Positions 28,501 through 38,093 of a DNA stretch of 64,000 nucleotides are shown here, piece after piece (within the stretch, counting starts at the first letter, position 1; each line of letters begins with the position of its first letter). The position numbers and the translations under genes are program-made. The notes under the pieces are model-generated. The model had not been told where the DNA came from, ran no database searches, and worked only from the letters and a program-made list of their open reading frames with translations. This DNA comes from a virus (lineage: Duplodnaviria; Heunggongvirae; Uroviricota; Caudoviricetes), in the IMG/VR virus record IMGVR_UViG_3300028833_000055, positions 46,446-110,445 of that record; one strand, 5' to 3'.

Positions 28501-31500
28501 ACCAGTTTGGACAAATCCTCCGTCCTCATTGACTGGTTGTTCTCTGAATCGAATCCAATGGTATTATTTTCGACTTTTATACCGGTATATTCACGACCAT
28601 ATTCATAATCACTATTACGTATGACCATACTTGATATGCAATACTCATCGTCAAGATTGTCTATTATTCTTATAATGGACTGGTTTACAATAACAAGACC
28701 ATTAATTTTAAACCAATTATATTCATCTCTTTCAATTTCTTCAAACAAGGATTCAATAGGAATATTCCTTAAAGTGATAAAATGATTATCACTTTCACTT
28801 TCACTGTCACTTTCACCTTCATCGAAATCGGGCAAAGTCAATAGTCCGTAACATCCCCCGTATATATACGCCTTACCGAAGTTATCTATGTTATATTTTG
28901 AACTGACATTGGAAGTATCCTTATCGAACATATTGACCAGTATGAAACCGACTATGAACTTGAATGTATCGTTCTTTACGAAGTAAATGTCATCACTGTT
29001 GAATATCGAATTGAGTGCCACGGGTATGTATATGAAGGAGAACTTATAGTCGTTGTAATCCGTTCCTTCCATTTCCATATCATCGTCATTGACCTTCTTT
29101 ATGTTGAATTTGACACCTCTGAACAAAGTGGTGGCGAAATGGTTCTCGTCACCGAACTTCATCCTTGAATACTTCTTGTTGAACCTCTTGTCGTTGTCGG
29201 TCTTGTATGAGAAAAGTCTGTCGAAATTATCAACTTCGGTATCTTCAAAAAGTTCTATACATTTTTTCACACATTCATTATATACACCCCTTGAATCGTG
29301 TGTATAATTAATCATATCCAATATACCAATAGTGTCATTCACATACTGGTAGTCCATATTTTCCTCCGTACTTTCATCCTCCGATGTCTTTTTCTTCACA
29401 AGATAATAGGGCATAGAATGGGTGTGTTCATTGATTGAATACTGATTGGAGAAAGTGTTTGAGGACAGATTGCTCGTTCCGAAAATCTTACTCATATTCA
29501 AACGGTACGGATTCTCACAACTGTCCTTCTCGTCGTCATAATAACCCCATTTGGTTATATAAGGAACACATTTGCTTACCGTTGAGAGTTCGGGTATGAA
29601 ATTCTCCATAAAGTATTCGTATTCCGTGTCTATCGGCCTTCCACCATAGTCTTTCATATAACCTTGTGCAAGTGTGGTGATTTTACCTCTGTTGTATTCA
29701 CTACCACCATCATCGTTTTCCAACGAGTGTTCTTCAAGTTTCGCACATTCATTATAAAACGCTTGGTAGATACCGTATGAAGAGAATACGGTGTCGAAGT
29801 CGAAATCCATAACCGGGAAGAAACTCAACACACCGAACTTCGGATAGAACCTGTCTATGATTTCAACCATATTGGTGTTAGACACATTCACATTCACACC
29901 CTTTTTATCCGTTGTCAATTCAAAGTAGTCAGACTCGACCTCACCGTTTTCGTTCACATACGGAACACAGGAGAGTATCCTTGAATTTATCTTGTTCTCA
30001 CCAATGGTCTTCAAATATCTGGTATCAAGGAATATGTCCTTGTCCTCCTTCTTGACCTTGAACACACAGTCTTTCTTCTGGAAATCCTCATCCACATTGA
30101 TGTCACTCTCATATACAGTGACTCTTCCGTTGTTTACCAACGACTCGTCCAACTCGATAACAAGGTCGGTGTGGTTGTATCCGACATAACTTATACACCT
30201 TATCACGACCATATTCTTGTCATACAAGGCCTGATACAACGCAAAACCGTCTTCATATGATGTGTTTATACATTCACAGAGGGCTCTCACCATATCCTCG
30301 ACCGAACCTTCGGCGGAAAACTTGGTACCCTCAAACTGTCCGACTGGCAGCGGATTCTCATCATCGTCAGTAACCGCCGTGAACTCCTTGTATATTCCGT
30401 CTCCGAACCACAGTCTTATCTGCTCGCCCTGCTTGAAATTCTTGTTGACTTCAAACGAGAACTTGCCGGACCTGTTAAAATTGTCAACCCTTTCACAGTA
30501 TGAAGACACTCCGGTTTTTTCGAAACCACATACCGTTGACAAGTCAAAAATCTTGTCCACTATCTCTATGTCCAAAGTGTCGGTTTCACTGTCGCTTTCA
30601 CCGACATAGTTCTTTATACTTGAAATCTGGTGCAAATCGTTGTTCTTGTCCTTTATGTAGAAGAAAGTCTTTTCCTTTTCATTACCTTCGATATCAAGTC
30701 CACACAGTTCCTCGTCATAGTCCACGGTAAGTTCCACGGGATTTCCGACCAGCAGAGGACTGACTATATTCTCGGGTTTGTCCACCAGGTCGTGACGGAC
30801 TTCAAATTCATAGAGGTCTATGTCATTGCAGTACATACCGAAATATCTTGAAAACTCATAGTTTTCAGTATCATCGTCGTCAAACAGGAACTCCATATTG
30901 AAGATATACGGATATATAAGACCATTTCTCTTGTAACCGCTTGTAATCCACTCGTCGGAGTGCATTATCGTATTGTCGTTTTCAAGGAGTTCCCTCTTGA
31001 AATTCTCCTTCTTGGTGGTGAGTACGCCGTATATCTTGTCTATACCGTAGTACACTATCTCATTCGTGGTGAAATTCACATACACCGACTTGTCGTATTC
31101 GAAATTTGACTGCTCGACATATTTCTTGATATAGCTTCCTATCGGAGTACCCTCCCTCAAGTCGAAGGACTTTATAATCTTGGCGTTCTTGAAAACATCT
31201 TCATAGAGCTTGAACTCAAAGTCCTTGAACTCTTCCGAATTCTCCTTACGGGTAAGATTGTAGTTACTCGGTCCGTCAACCTTGAATATGACGAAATAGT
31301 TGGGAAGTTTCTTCCTTATATACAACGGAGCTATGAAACCGAGCTCCTGCGGGTACTGCTTCGAGTTTATACTCTCCACCCCGCACCAGTACATAGTCTC
31401 GAACTGCTTGTCGTAACTATCACAGATTGACATATCAGATTCCTTCTCAAACACATCGTATGCAGAATCACCGCTGTCCGTCAAGAAATTACGGATATCC

Positions 31501-31706
31501 ATATTGAACGGAGATGTTCTCTTCACCCTGAAATTCTTATATCTCTGTGTGGTCAGAAGTGGATTTGCATCGTATGATTCAAGATACAAATTCTTGCCGT
31601 CATACATCAGTTTTGTATTCGTGGTTAAAATAGGATTTGTTCTGACAAGCTGGATACTGACATCATCGTCAAGTCTCGTATAGTTTCCGTTGAATATCTT
31701 ACTCAT
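25554..31706 (-). CDS. very large putative virion protein (2050 aa) with an internal acidic Tyr-rich repeat block
   Basis: Long uninterrupted ORF; CATAAATA at 31730-31737 (minus); function not recognised. Confidence 0.6.
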   Translation of the reverse strand: MSKIFNGNYTRLDDDVSIQLVRTNPILTTNTKLMYDGKNLYLESYDANPLLTTQRYKNFRVKRTSPFNMDIRNFLTDSGDSAYDVFEKESDMSICDSYDKQFETMYWCGVESINSKQYPQELGFIAPLYIRKKLPNYFVIFKVDGPSNYNLTRKENSEEFKDFEFKLYEDVFKNAKIIKSFDLREGTPIGSYIKKYVEQSNFEYDKSVYVNFTTNEIVYYGIDKIYGVLTTKKENFKRELLENDNTIMHSDEWITSGYKRNGLIYPYIFNMEFLFDDDDTENYEFSRYFGMYCNDIDLYEFEVRHDLVDKPENIVSPLLVGNPVELTVDYDEELCGLDIEGNEKEKTFFYIKDKNNDLHQISSIKNYVGESDSETDTLDIEIVDKIFDLSTVCGFEKTGVSSYCERVDNFNRSGKFSFEVNKNFKQGEQIRLWFGDGIYKEFTAVTDDDENPLPVGQFEGTKFSAEGSVEDMVRALCECINTSYEDGFALYQALYDKNMVVIRCISYVGYNHTDLVIELDESLVNNGRVTVYESDINVDEDFQKKDCVFKVKKEDKDIFLDTRYLKTIGENKINSRILSCVPYVNENGEVESDYFELTTDKKGVNVNVSNTNMVEIIDRFYPKFGVLSFFPVMDFDFDTVFSSYGIYQAFYNECAKLEEHSLENDDGGSEYNRGKITTLAQGYMKDYGGRPIDTEYEYFMENFIPELSTVSKCVPYITKWGYYDDEKDSCENPYRLNMSKIFGTSNLSSNTFSNQYSINEHTHSMPYYLVKKKTSEDESTEENMDYQYVNDTIGILDMINYTHDSRGVYNECVKKCIELFEDTEVDNFDRLFSYKTDNDKRFNKKYSRMKFGDENHFATTLFRGVKFNIKKVNDDDMEMEGTDYNDYKFSFIYIPVALNSIFNSDDIYFVKNDTFKFIVGFILVNMFDKDTSNVSSKYNIDNFGKAYIYGGCYGLLTLPDFDEGESDSESESDNHFITLRNIPIESLFEEIERDEYNWFKINGLVIVNQSIIRIIDNLDDEYCISSMVIRNSDYEYGREYTGIKVENNTIGFDSENNQSMRTEDLSKLVVDLTFKDKPDETGDSLVFKDFYSIYESLSTCAIKERLEDETMTHYYSTTDGKYKIEIEDPISFNTYDIFMGNPYIVQESNENVPASSKITLKNNTNDIVLKTINRYSGYYNPIFNPVLMYNDYRMKDDSGEDSDSDSEYMSRKEYKYVPVDKSDVNESLCDKRDSVPESPSIDDSPFIYTDELYKLVESSTTSYWYDEIDTEGHTSDKYYTLPVAAEGSPDHVTIISDFYKKISSYETVEETTEIAEVMEPVVTVPDDPTSSSEDPAEYVYTRELYLCKESGDMAYHYVPTNEENDNYVYMENVPNDPTPEDPDYIYCERVYYKRVVVDYEEIDESDIDSSEEPTFLDKKPNPKDNSDEYVAYASYYERKLKYWYVEIEKGEIEGEEYTIVSSSENSGIYAELGVNDNNLLSYYSWTSITTTPPPPEYICINSSKFYKRHISYYYEQCGFTSEAVRVDSLIDSSDSDDYYDANSDSDEFVYIVNQFYRAVYRYQKINDDFPNNASVIYTPLTEDNDHNGYFTHSSYENEYLLYIDKLYKLVYETNYGFILINEDELDGQELVRVYERPSSESDSDSDYYTDGVVYYYVTGVYGLQYSYESIGLGEIPQGYSPSYRADIQNVTAEDEDYIYLNEQYYQLQSDTYTSYSYELTNEDDFDYGNTAYGPFLPSEVNQYSSSYFCIRKYYKLVEKEVFEDNDFPTYKYSNTSFDLGYKDFYGQFALIKNLWFHKVNEYYPDKIIKLMNPLYPAIGEFALDYRDYNIFESNWDDKYFTTQVDKKTTERCAGTSGSLNKMSMFGSKYLNVPEEITIETFNRCIDWNDDFITSSKISLSDIMCKEVNGTSVSFYLFLYNRIVRYFARESGLKYVFEEYVNPEYSYGDKTTISDDITSYIEKNIMKLYYLDKIEMWVKEKKVGIHDSRIENNYKKFILIDNSVKVTKDMKKVNTFSIKKMTENQFDRCITYNLKKGCKEDFGFSFTIKKI

Positions 31707-31746
31707 AAAATTGTGTGTTTATGTATAGTTATTTATGGTATTAAAT

Positions 31747-31779
31747 AAAAAACGGGGTTTGCAAACGCAAACCCCGTTT
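31747..31779. terminator. intrinsic terminator
   Basis: aaacggggtttgc-aaac-gcaaaccccgttt. Confidence 0.75.
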
Positions 31780-31799
31780 CGGTTTTTCAATTTGATAAG

Positions 31800-32642
31800 T
31801 TACTTTTTCAGTTTGTCGATAATTCTTTCTATGAAACTCTTTTCGTTCTCAAGTTTTTCCTTGTACTTGTTCAGAAAATCGGACAACATCACACCATACC
31901 TTCTGTCAATTTCATCGAAAGTATTCGTAAGGTTCGATGTTATAAGTTCCTTTTTCTTATACTCCTTGAACCTCAATATAAGACACTGCATAATAAGTAT
32001 GAATTGAGTGTAGTCCATCATTCCGTTCATACCTCTGTAACGACATTCATACGACTTCAATGTCTTCAAGAAGGAATCTTCCGATATATAAGGTTCGTCG
32101 TCCAAGTTACACTCGACTTTCAGTTCGGACGTTTCCGGCAGATTTATGGTGTAACCGACGACAACATCCATTTTTCTATCGTTGATGATAAGTTTACCGA
32201 TTCTTTTCAGATATTCACTTACTTCATACATATCACGTGAATAATCCGTTTTCCAGTCATCGGAAACTTTCTTTCCTTTGAAGATTTTCAGAAACTCACC
32301 TTCAAACGGAAAAGTCAATGTAAAGTCTTTTGGTGGTTCTTCACGAAAATACCTTCTTATACGAATGGTAATAGTAGATGAAGATTTTCCATTCAAATGT
32401 ATCGACTTTATCCTTTCAAACTCCTTGTTATGCTCTTCTGTGGAATCAAATTCAACACGCTTATACTTTGCATACTTGTTCCATCCACCACCATCGGGGT
32501 TGCCGATATATGTACCACTATCCGCTTCCACGAAATTACCGTACTCGTCATAGATGTTGTGTGTGTCACAACTGTCATTTATCAGGTCGAACATTATCCG
32601 ACCGTCAGTCTTTCTTCTTATTTTTTCAAAACTCCAACTCAT
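31800..32642 (-). CDS. hypothetical protein
   Basis: 280-aa ORF in a minus-strand run. Confidence 0.7.
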   Translation of the reverse strand: MSWSFEKIRRKTDGRIMFDLINDSCDTHNIYDEYGNFVEADSGTYIGNPDGGGWNKYAKYKRVEFDSTEEHNKEFERIKSIHLNGKSSSTITIRIRRYFREEPPKDFTLTFPFEGEFLKIFKGKKVSDDWKTDYSRDMYEVSEYLKRIGKLIINDRKMDVVVGYTINLPETSELKVECNLDDEPYISEDSFLKTLKSYECRYRGMNGMMDYTQFILIMQCLILRFKEYKKKELITSNLTNTFDEIDRRYGVMLSDFLNKYKEKLENEKSFIERIIDKLKK

Positions 32643-32654
32643 ATACTGTTATTT

Positions 32655-32876
32655 TTATTCCGTTTCGTTCTGCACAGCGGTCAAATCAGATATAACGCTG
32701 TTTATTTCACTCCTCTGTTTCCTATATGCTTCTTCAAGTTCATCTTTTGTGAAATCGTCCTTGTTCCATACTTCACGAATAGTCCAGCACCAACCAATTC
32801 CAAGAATCCATTCGACTTTTTCAACATAATCTTCTATGAACTTCAGTCCGTTACTCGATATTTCATTTCTTGTCAT
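32655..32876 (-). CDS. small hypothetical protein (start revised to MTRNEI)
   Basis: ATG at 32876 avoids a large overlap with the upstream gene. Confidence 0.55.
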   Translation of the reverse strand: MTRNEISSNGLKFIEDYVEKVEWILGIGWCWTIREVWNKDDFTKDELEEAYRKQRSEINSVISDLTAVQNETE

Positions 32877-33138
32877 AAGTCGTATTTTTGAATTTATTAC
32901 GCCAGAACTTATATACAAGACGATGATACGAAACCCAAGTGGTGTAGTCACAACATTTGCAGGTCCATCCTTCACCACCCTGTGAATCGGTGTCAAACTG
33001 CTTCATTTCCTTTCCACACACCGGACATATTCCGTTGTTCCACCTCTTGTATTCATAATAGGAAGCGATATATGAGATTGCTATCATAATCACAAGTACG
33101 ATGAGTACCATCGCTAAAAAAATCAAAAATTTAACCAT
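32863..33138 (-). CDS. membrane-anchored zinc-ribbon protein
   Basis: N-terminal hydrophobic helix, CPVCG..CKCC. Confidence 0.65.
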   Translation of the reverse strand: MVKFLIFLAMVLIVLVIMIAISYIASYYEYKRWNNGICPVCGKEMKQFDTDSQGGEGWTCKCCDYTTWVSYHRLVYKFWRNKFKNTTYDKK

Positions 33139-33164
33139 ATTAACTATACTTTTCCAATGTTAAA

Positions 33165-33611
33165 CTATAACAAAACCGTATATCCCATACTTGTAAGAAA
33201 TTCAATGGATTCTTCTATCTTATCCATTTCTTTCTTTTCTCCCATTCTTTTCTCTCTTTCTATTTTTGAATCTATCTTTTTCTTCTCCGATTCTATTCTC
33301 CTTTCATGTTCTTCGTCGGATTCCATTTCATCCCACACCACATTGATGTCCATACATCCCGGTGTATTCTGCTCCGGATAGTCATCGTTATAGTACGGTT
33401 CACAAGAATCAAATTCTATGGCGAAATTCTTGCAGGAATCCTCCCTCCTGTAAAGTTTTTCCTGAAATTCCTTTTCATACACCTTTACTCTCTCACGAAG
33501 TTCATCCAAAAAGGATGTGGACATATATGTCGGGTTGTTTTCAAGATGAAAAAGATTTCTTCTTATGTTGTTAAATACAACATCCGGTATTACATTGCCT
33601 TTATACTCCAT
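33165..33611 (-). CDS. hypothetical protein (start revised to MEYKGN)
   Basis: In-frame ATG just downstream of the TATCTTTG promoter element. Confidence 0.65.
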   Translation of the reverse strand: MEYKGNVIPDVVFNNIRRNLFHLENNPTYMSTSFLDELRERVKVYEKEFQEKLYRREDSCKNFAIEFDSCEPYYNDDYPEQNTPGCMDINVVWDEMESDEEHERRIESEKKKIDSKIEREKRMGEKKEMDKIEESIEFLTSMGYTVLL

Positions 33612-33628
33612 TGCTATCTTGTTTTTTA

Positions 33629-33644
33629 CAAAGATACTATTTTT
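33629..33644 (-). promoter_or_regulatory. Bacteroidota-type -7 promoter element AAAAATAGTATCTTTG
   Basis: Identical 16-mer at three sites. Confidence 0.65.
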
Positions 33645-33945
33645 TTTCCAAAACATCTATATCAGTATAAAGAGGCATCTTTTTCATTTCATATTTTTCA
33701 ATCACATCAGAATCCACAAACTCTATTTCATTCGTGGTAATCCTATCTACACTCATATTCGTCGGTCCCTTGTCAATAAGTCTTCCGAAATACAATGAAT
33801 TTTCACAATCTGCATCAAAGCGGTTTCCCACTTTGACCTCTACCGTTCCGGAAAATTTCACATACCTCTGCAAGTCGATTGAAAAGTATGCCTTTTCCGG
33901 ATTTAAGGAGTAACATTCTCCCGTCTTTATTTCTTTCCTGTCCAT
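33637..33945 (-). CDS. hypothetical protein
   Basis: 102-aa ORF coupled to the upstream stop codon. Confidence 0.65.
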   Translation of the reverse strand: MDRKEIKTGECYSLNPEKAYFSIDLQRYVKFSGTVEVKVGNRFDADCENSLYFGRLIDKGPTNMSVDRITTNEIEFVDSDVIEKYEMKKMPLYTDIDVLEKK

Positions 33946-34301
33946 TATAAATTAAGTTTAGTTTCAAGTTCATCATACAAGGCGTTCTCCATCATCTTGA
34001 ACATTTTCGTCCTTGAATCCAGAATACGTCTGTCCACAACCATATTGTTATTGTTATAAAGTTCCTTGCAGTCGTCACAGACGAAATTCTCAACATCGTT
34101 CCGTCTCTTGTCCGTAAATATCTTCTTACCGCAGATGGCACACTCCCATTCTATTATGCCTTTGTTCCTCTCATATGTAACACGGTCACATATACAGTTG
34201 AACAGAGGGTCAAGAACCAAGTCAAGTTCTTGGTTCTCAATCCTCTGTATTATAGTTTTCTTGAACTTGTTCAGTTCGAGGTCATCTATTATACCAGACA
34301 T
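33945..34301 (-). CDS. zinc-finger hypothetical protein
   Basis: CAICG...VCDDC. Confidence 0.65.
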   Translation of the reverse strand: MSGIIDDLELNKFKKTIIQRIENQELDLVLDPLFNCICDRVTYERNKGIIEWECAICGKKIFTDKRRNDVENFVCDDCKELYNNNNMVVDRRILDSRTKMFKMMENALYDELETKLNL

Positions 34302-34726
34302 TTCAGAATTAAAGTTATAATTCCACCTATCAGTCCGAGTGTCAGGAACGACAATACCAATACACTCTTCACAGTTAGATACTGCTTGTCAAGTCTATAC
34401 GCCGGTGTGAATACTATAAGATAACCGTGTTCGTAGGTTTCACCGTCATCTTCTTCAAGGGGCTTGAGTTCATAGGCGAGCAGGTCGATTATATTGTGCT
34501 TGACCAGCAACTCCTGTATTTCGTCAAGTTCCTTCCTCAACATAATCTCATCCTCAACAGTTCCGAGTTCTATATTCACATCCCTGTTTATCACCTTGTA
34601 CATACGGCCAATCCAGTCCATCTTCAACCCAACCTTCTTGAAATCATCGGCGGTATTCTTATAGACCTTCTTTATCTCGTGCCATACTCTACACTCCCTT
34701 ATAAAATTCACTATCCACATATTCAA
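34289..34726 (-). CDS. hypothetical protein with C-terminal transmembrane helix
   Basis: VLVLSFLTLGLIGGIITLIL; true start probably the ATG of MWIV. Confidence 0.65.
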   Translation of the reverse strand: MNMWIVNFIRECRVWHEIKKVYKNTADDFKKVGLKMDWIGRMYKVINRDVNIELGTVEDEIMLRKELDEIQELLVKHNIIDLLAYELKPLEEDDGETYEHGYLIVFTPAYRLDKQYLTVKSVLVLSFLTLGLIGGIITLILKCLV

Positions 34727-34740
34727 GTCTTTTTTATTAT

Positions 34741-35361
34741 TTATCCCAAGTCATCGAAGATTATTGGAATACGCCTCTTGAACTCACTTAAAAGGGGAAC
34801 CGCTATTTCTCTCATCTGAGGATGGGCGGCCTGTGATGTCCTCATAGTGAAGAAATGTCTCCACTCTCTCAAGTTCATAGTTATAACGATTTCGGTCTTC
34901 AACGAATTTGGAAGCACGCTTCTCGCCTCCTGAGGCGTAGCACCGAGTTCAATCAGTCTGTTATAGCAGATTTCACTGTGCTTCATAGCACTTCTCCATA
35001 CTTTGTACTTCTCATCATCCTTGTCCCAGAAGACTGGTTCTATCACTGTGATTTCATTTCCGAACTTACCTTTGGAGTAGTTACAGTATCTTGTCGATTC
35101 CTGTGTGTAGGCAGCGAGGCGGTGTCTAACTATCTCGTGCGATACACCCCTGTCACATATGATACGGACAGTCACCGACTGGTGTTCTATCACCGAAAGG
35201 TGTCCTCTTTTGAGTATCATACCAACAAAGTCCTTGCTCGAATCCTCCGTTATCTTGTCTTCACTCTTGTATGCCGTCCTTCCGGCAAGTTCAATCTGTT
35301 TCAGAATATAGTCCTCGTCTATATTCGACTCAATCACGAAATAAGGTTTTATTATATTCAT
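34741..35361 (-). CDS. thyX: flavin-dependent thymidylate synthase
   Basis: GHLSVIEH, SHEIVRHR..YTQESTRY, EARSVLP, NLREW. Confidence 0.95.
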   Translation of the reverse strand: MNIIKPYFVIESNIDEDYILKQIELAGRTAYKSEDKITEDSSKDFVGMILKRGHLSVIEHQSVTVRIICDRGVSHEIVRHRLAAYTQESTRYCNYSKGKFGNEITVIEPVFWDKDDEKYKVWRSAMKHSEICYNRLIELGATPQEARSVLPNSLKTEIVITMNLREWRHFFTMRTSQAAHPQMREIAVPLLSEFKRRIPIIFDDLG

Positions 35362-35376
35362 ATCTAAAAAATTAAA

Positions 35377-36468
35377 TTACTTCTTTATCTTACTCAACCA
35401 TTGTTCCCATATATTACTTGCGATATGTGCCATCATAACCGGAGGAACTGACATCCCGCAAACATAACATACACTTTGTCCAAGGAAGTTATAGTCAGAA
35501 GGGAATGTGGAAATCTTCTTCAGTTCACTGTCACTGTATAAACGAGGCTGCTCGTAATGCACATTGGTGTGAATCGCCGAAGTTATGGTCTTTGACACAT
35601 TCTCCTTATGGTTCAACCTTTCCGAAAAATGTGCCCACTTTCCATTGAGACGGTGGTTTATTTCACCGAGACTGTTGTCACCGGCAGTCCTTTTCTCCCA
35701 CAGTTCATATCTTGAAGTACCCTTTTTCAGTTCCTTCCCCGTATAGTCGGAAACTTCACCGAGTGTTATCGGCTTCTCCTTGAAATCCATATTCAGAATC
35801 GGTTCCTTTCCGAACATCATATCAATGTTCGAGACTTGTTCCACGAGGTCTTTCCTCAGACAAATGAAAAAGACACGCTTTCTTTTCTGGGGGACACCCA
35901 TATTCTCACCGTTCAAAAGAAACTCCGAAACGGTATATCCGGCGTCATCGAATGAATTGTAAATCCGGTTGACATACTTGCTGGCCGAACCTATCAGAAT
36001 ACCTTCGACATTTTCGGCCACAACGACCTTCGGCTGAAGTCTCTTCGCTAGTGATATGAAGTCGAAGAACAAAGTGTCGAGGACTTGTTCCTTCTGTCCT
36101 TCCCTGAACTTCTTGCTCTTCCCCCAGTCCTTCTCCCTGTTTCCGAATATGGAAAACGAACTGCAAGGCGGACTTCCATCGAGAATATCCAATGAATACA
36201 AGTCTTCTGGAAGAGTGTCCATATTCACCATTTCACGGATATCACACATATAGTTGTATGCGGGATGATTGTTTTCGACATAGAGCCTGTTCATCCTCTC
36301 GTCTATCTCGTTACATCCTATCACATCGAATCCGGCGAGCTTGTAACCCATAGTGGAACCACCTCCACAGGCGAAACAGGAGAACACCTTTCCCTTGTCC
36401 TTTGTGAAGGAAGTACCGGAAAAACTCCAGTCGTAAGGAAATTTGTGAATGTCTTTTTTATTCTCCAT
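35377..36468 (-). CDS. C5-cytosine DNA methyltransferase (complete)
   Basis: FACGGG, GSPPCSSFS, ENV, PQKRKRVF, GMSVPP. Confidence 0.92.
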   Translation of the reverse strand: MENKKDIHKFPYDWSFSGTSFTKDKGKVFSCFACGGGSTMGYKLAGFDVIGCNEIDERMNRLYVENNHPAYNYMCDIREMVNMDTLPEDLYSLDILDGSPPCSSFSIFGNREKDWGKSKKFREGQKEQVLDTLFFDFISLAKRLQPKVVVAENVEGILIGSASKYVNRIYNSFDDAGYTVSEFLLNGENMGVPQKRKRVFFICLRKDLVEQVSNIDMMFGKEPILNMDFKEKPITLGEVSDYTGKELKKGTSRYELWEKRTAGDNSLGEINHRLNGKWAHFSERLNHKENVSKTITSAIHTNVHYEQPRLYSDSELKKISTFPSDYNFLGQSVCYVCGMSVPPVMMAHIASNIWEQWLSKIKK

Positions 36469-36515
36469 ATTCTAAATATAACAAAATATCATAAATAAGT
36501 TATAGTATTTTTCAT

Positions 36516-37082
36516 ATGATACAGAAATTCGACGAATATATCAAATCAAAGACTTGGAGGGATTTTGAAAAGGAACTTGTTTCAATATCCGTAAACTATA
36601 TAGACTTTGACGGTAACGAGAAGACTGGTGAAATCATCTGCCACAAATCCATCAAGAACGATTTGACGGAGATTTTCGACAGACTTTATCGTGAAAAATA
36701 CCAGATATTCAACATTTCTCCGATTTCAGAGTATGGCAACGACGATAAACTTTCAATGGCATCAAACAACACATACTGCTACTGCAAGAGGATAGTCGCA
36801 AACTCAAACAGACTTTCAAAGCACTCGATGGGTCTCGCCATCGACATAAACCCCGTCAACAACCCATGTCTCTATATAGGTGAGGATGGTAACATAGACC
36901 GTATTTGTCCGAACACAAGTGACGCCAAGAAAAACATAGAAAGGAAACAGAGTTCCGAACATCAGATAAACAAATCCAGCATAATATACAAACTCTTCAT
37001 AGAACACGGATTCAGATGGGGAGGTGAGTTCAAGAACAAAAAGGACTACCATCATTTTGAAAAGATAACAGAAAACGAATAG
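36516..37082 (+). CDS. M15-family peptidoglycan peptidase (candidate endolysin or virion lysin)
   Basis: SKHSMGLAIDINP, WGG, DYHHFE. Confidence 0.85.
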   Translation: MIQKFDEYIKSKTWRDFEKELVSISVNYIDFDGNEKTGEIICHKSIKNDLTEIFDRLYREKYQIFNISPISEYGNDDKLSMASNNTYCYCKRIVANSNRLSKHSMGLAIDINPVNNPCLYIGEDGNIDRICPNTSDAKKNIERKQSSEHQINKSSIIYKLFIEHGFRWGGEFKNKKDYHHFEKITENE

Positions 37083-37084
37083 AA

Positions 37085-37684
37085 ATGAAAAACATATTAG
37101 ATTTTGACGATTATACGAAATCAAATAATTGTGATTGCTGCAACTCCGGCGAAGACAAAATGTGTGACATAAACGAACTTGCCGACGGGATATACAAGGC
37201 GAGGTTCTACGACTGGATTTTCGAATTAGAGGACGGAAGAAAATACAAGACACACTATGGTGTGAGATGTAGTCGGAAATGTTCAAAACTCACTCGTTAT
37301 GAAGTAAAGAACGGTGAATTTACGGAAATGGACGATGAGTTGAGTGAAGGCAAGGTGACAAACGGAAACGGAAGGAAAATGATATACAGATTCTGGAAAC
37401 ATTTCCAGAAAAAATGGGACGAATCAAAGTGTGAACTCATATCATATACGGACAAAACGGCGAGGGTAAGACTTCTTGGATTCGGACCACACAACGAGAA
37501 ACCCGGAACAATATTGCAGAAAGTATCTCTAAATTCACTTAGACCCGTGGATTCGGAGGATAAAGAGGAGGCACAGAACACTCCTCCACAAGAGGAGACC
37601 GGTTACGGTCCAGCAAGGGATTTGACACCCGAAGAACTAGATGATTTATATAAAAAAGACGAGGATGACCACTGGTGGATATAA
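37085..37684 (+). CDS. hypothetical protein with NILDFDDY leader
   Basis: 199-aa ORF; leader resembles that of 46883..48361. Confidence 0.7.
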   Translation: MKNILDFDDYTKSNNCDCCNSGEDKMCDINELADGIYKARFYDWIFELEDGRKYKTHYGVRCSRKCSKLTRYEVKNGEFTEMDDELSEGKVTNGNGRKMIYRFWKHFQKKWDESKCELISYTDKTARVRLLGFGPHNEKPGTILQKVSLNSLRPVDSEDKEEAQNTPPQEETGYGPARDLTPEELDDLYKKDEDDHWWI

Positions 37685-37685
37685 T

Positions 37686-37719
37686 AAAAAAGGAGAGTTT
37701 CAAACTCTCCTTTCTTTTT
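37686..37719. terminator. bidirectional intrinsic terminator
   Basis: aaaggagagttt-c-aaactctccttt. Confidence 0.75.
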
Positions 37720-38068
37720 ATTCTATGAAATATTCTGAAAATTCATCCCAGTCCATCTTGATGTTTTTGTACTCCTTCATATCTTCATCGTAATATATGA
37801 TAGTAAAACCCAAATCTTCATCCGTCTCACCGTTTATATTACTATATGAAAACACTCCGACAAATTGGGCTCTCTTTTCGGACAGTTTATCCTTTATGAG
37901 TTTTTTCACATCATACTGATGACCATCCTCCTTTTGCAGAGTGAAAACACCTTCGTCATCTGTATAACCTTCCTTTTCAATCGTAAGTGTTTTGAGATAT
38001 TTGGACAAATTTTCCTTATAGTTGCTGTAATTCTCCCTTACAAATTCATTGAATTTCTTAACGCACAT
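37718..38068 (-). CDS. hypothetical protein with KKFNEFVRE leader
   Basis: CATAAATA at 38091-38098 (minus). Confidence 0.7.
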   Translation of the reverse strand: MCVKKFNEFVRENYSNYKENLSKYLKTLTIEKEGYTDDEGVFTLQKEDGHQYDVKKLIKDKLSEKRAQFVGVFSYSNINGETDEDLGFTIIYYDEDMKEYKNIKMDWDEFSEYFIE

Positions 38069-38093
38069 AGTTAAATATTTTTATATGATATAT

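Noticed and set aside
32655-32996. 113-aa ORF as called in the track
   Set aside because: Its 5' part overlaps 32863..33138 extensively; the ATG at 32876 gives a cleaner gene
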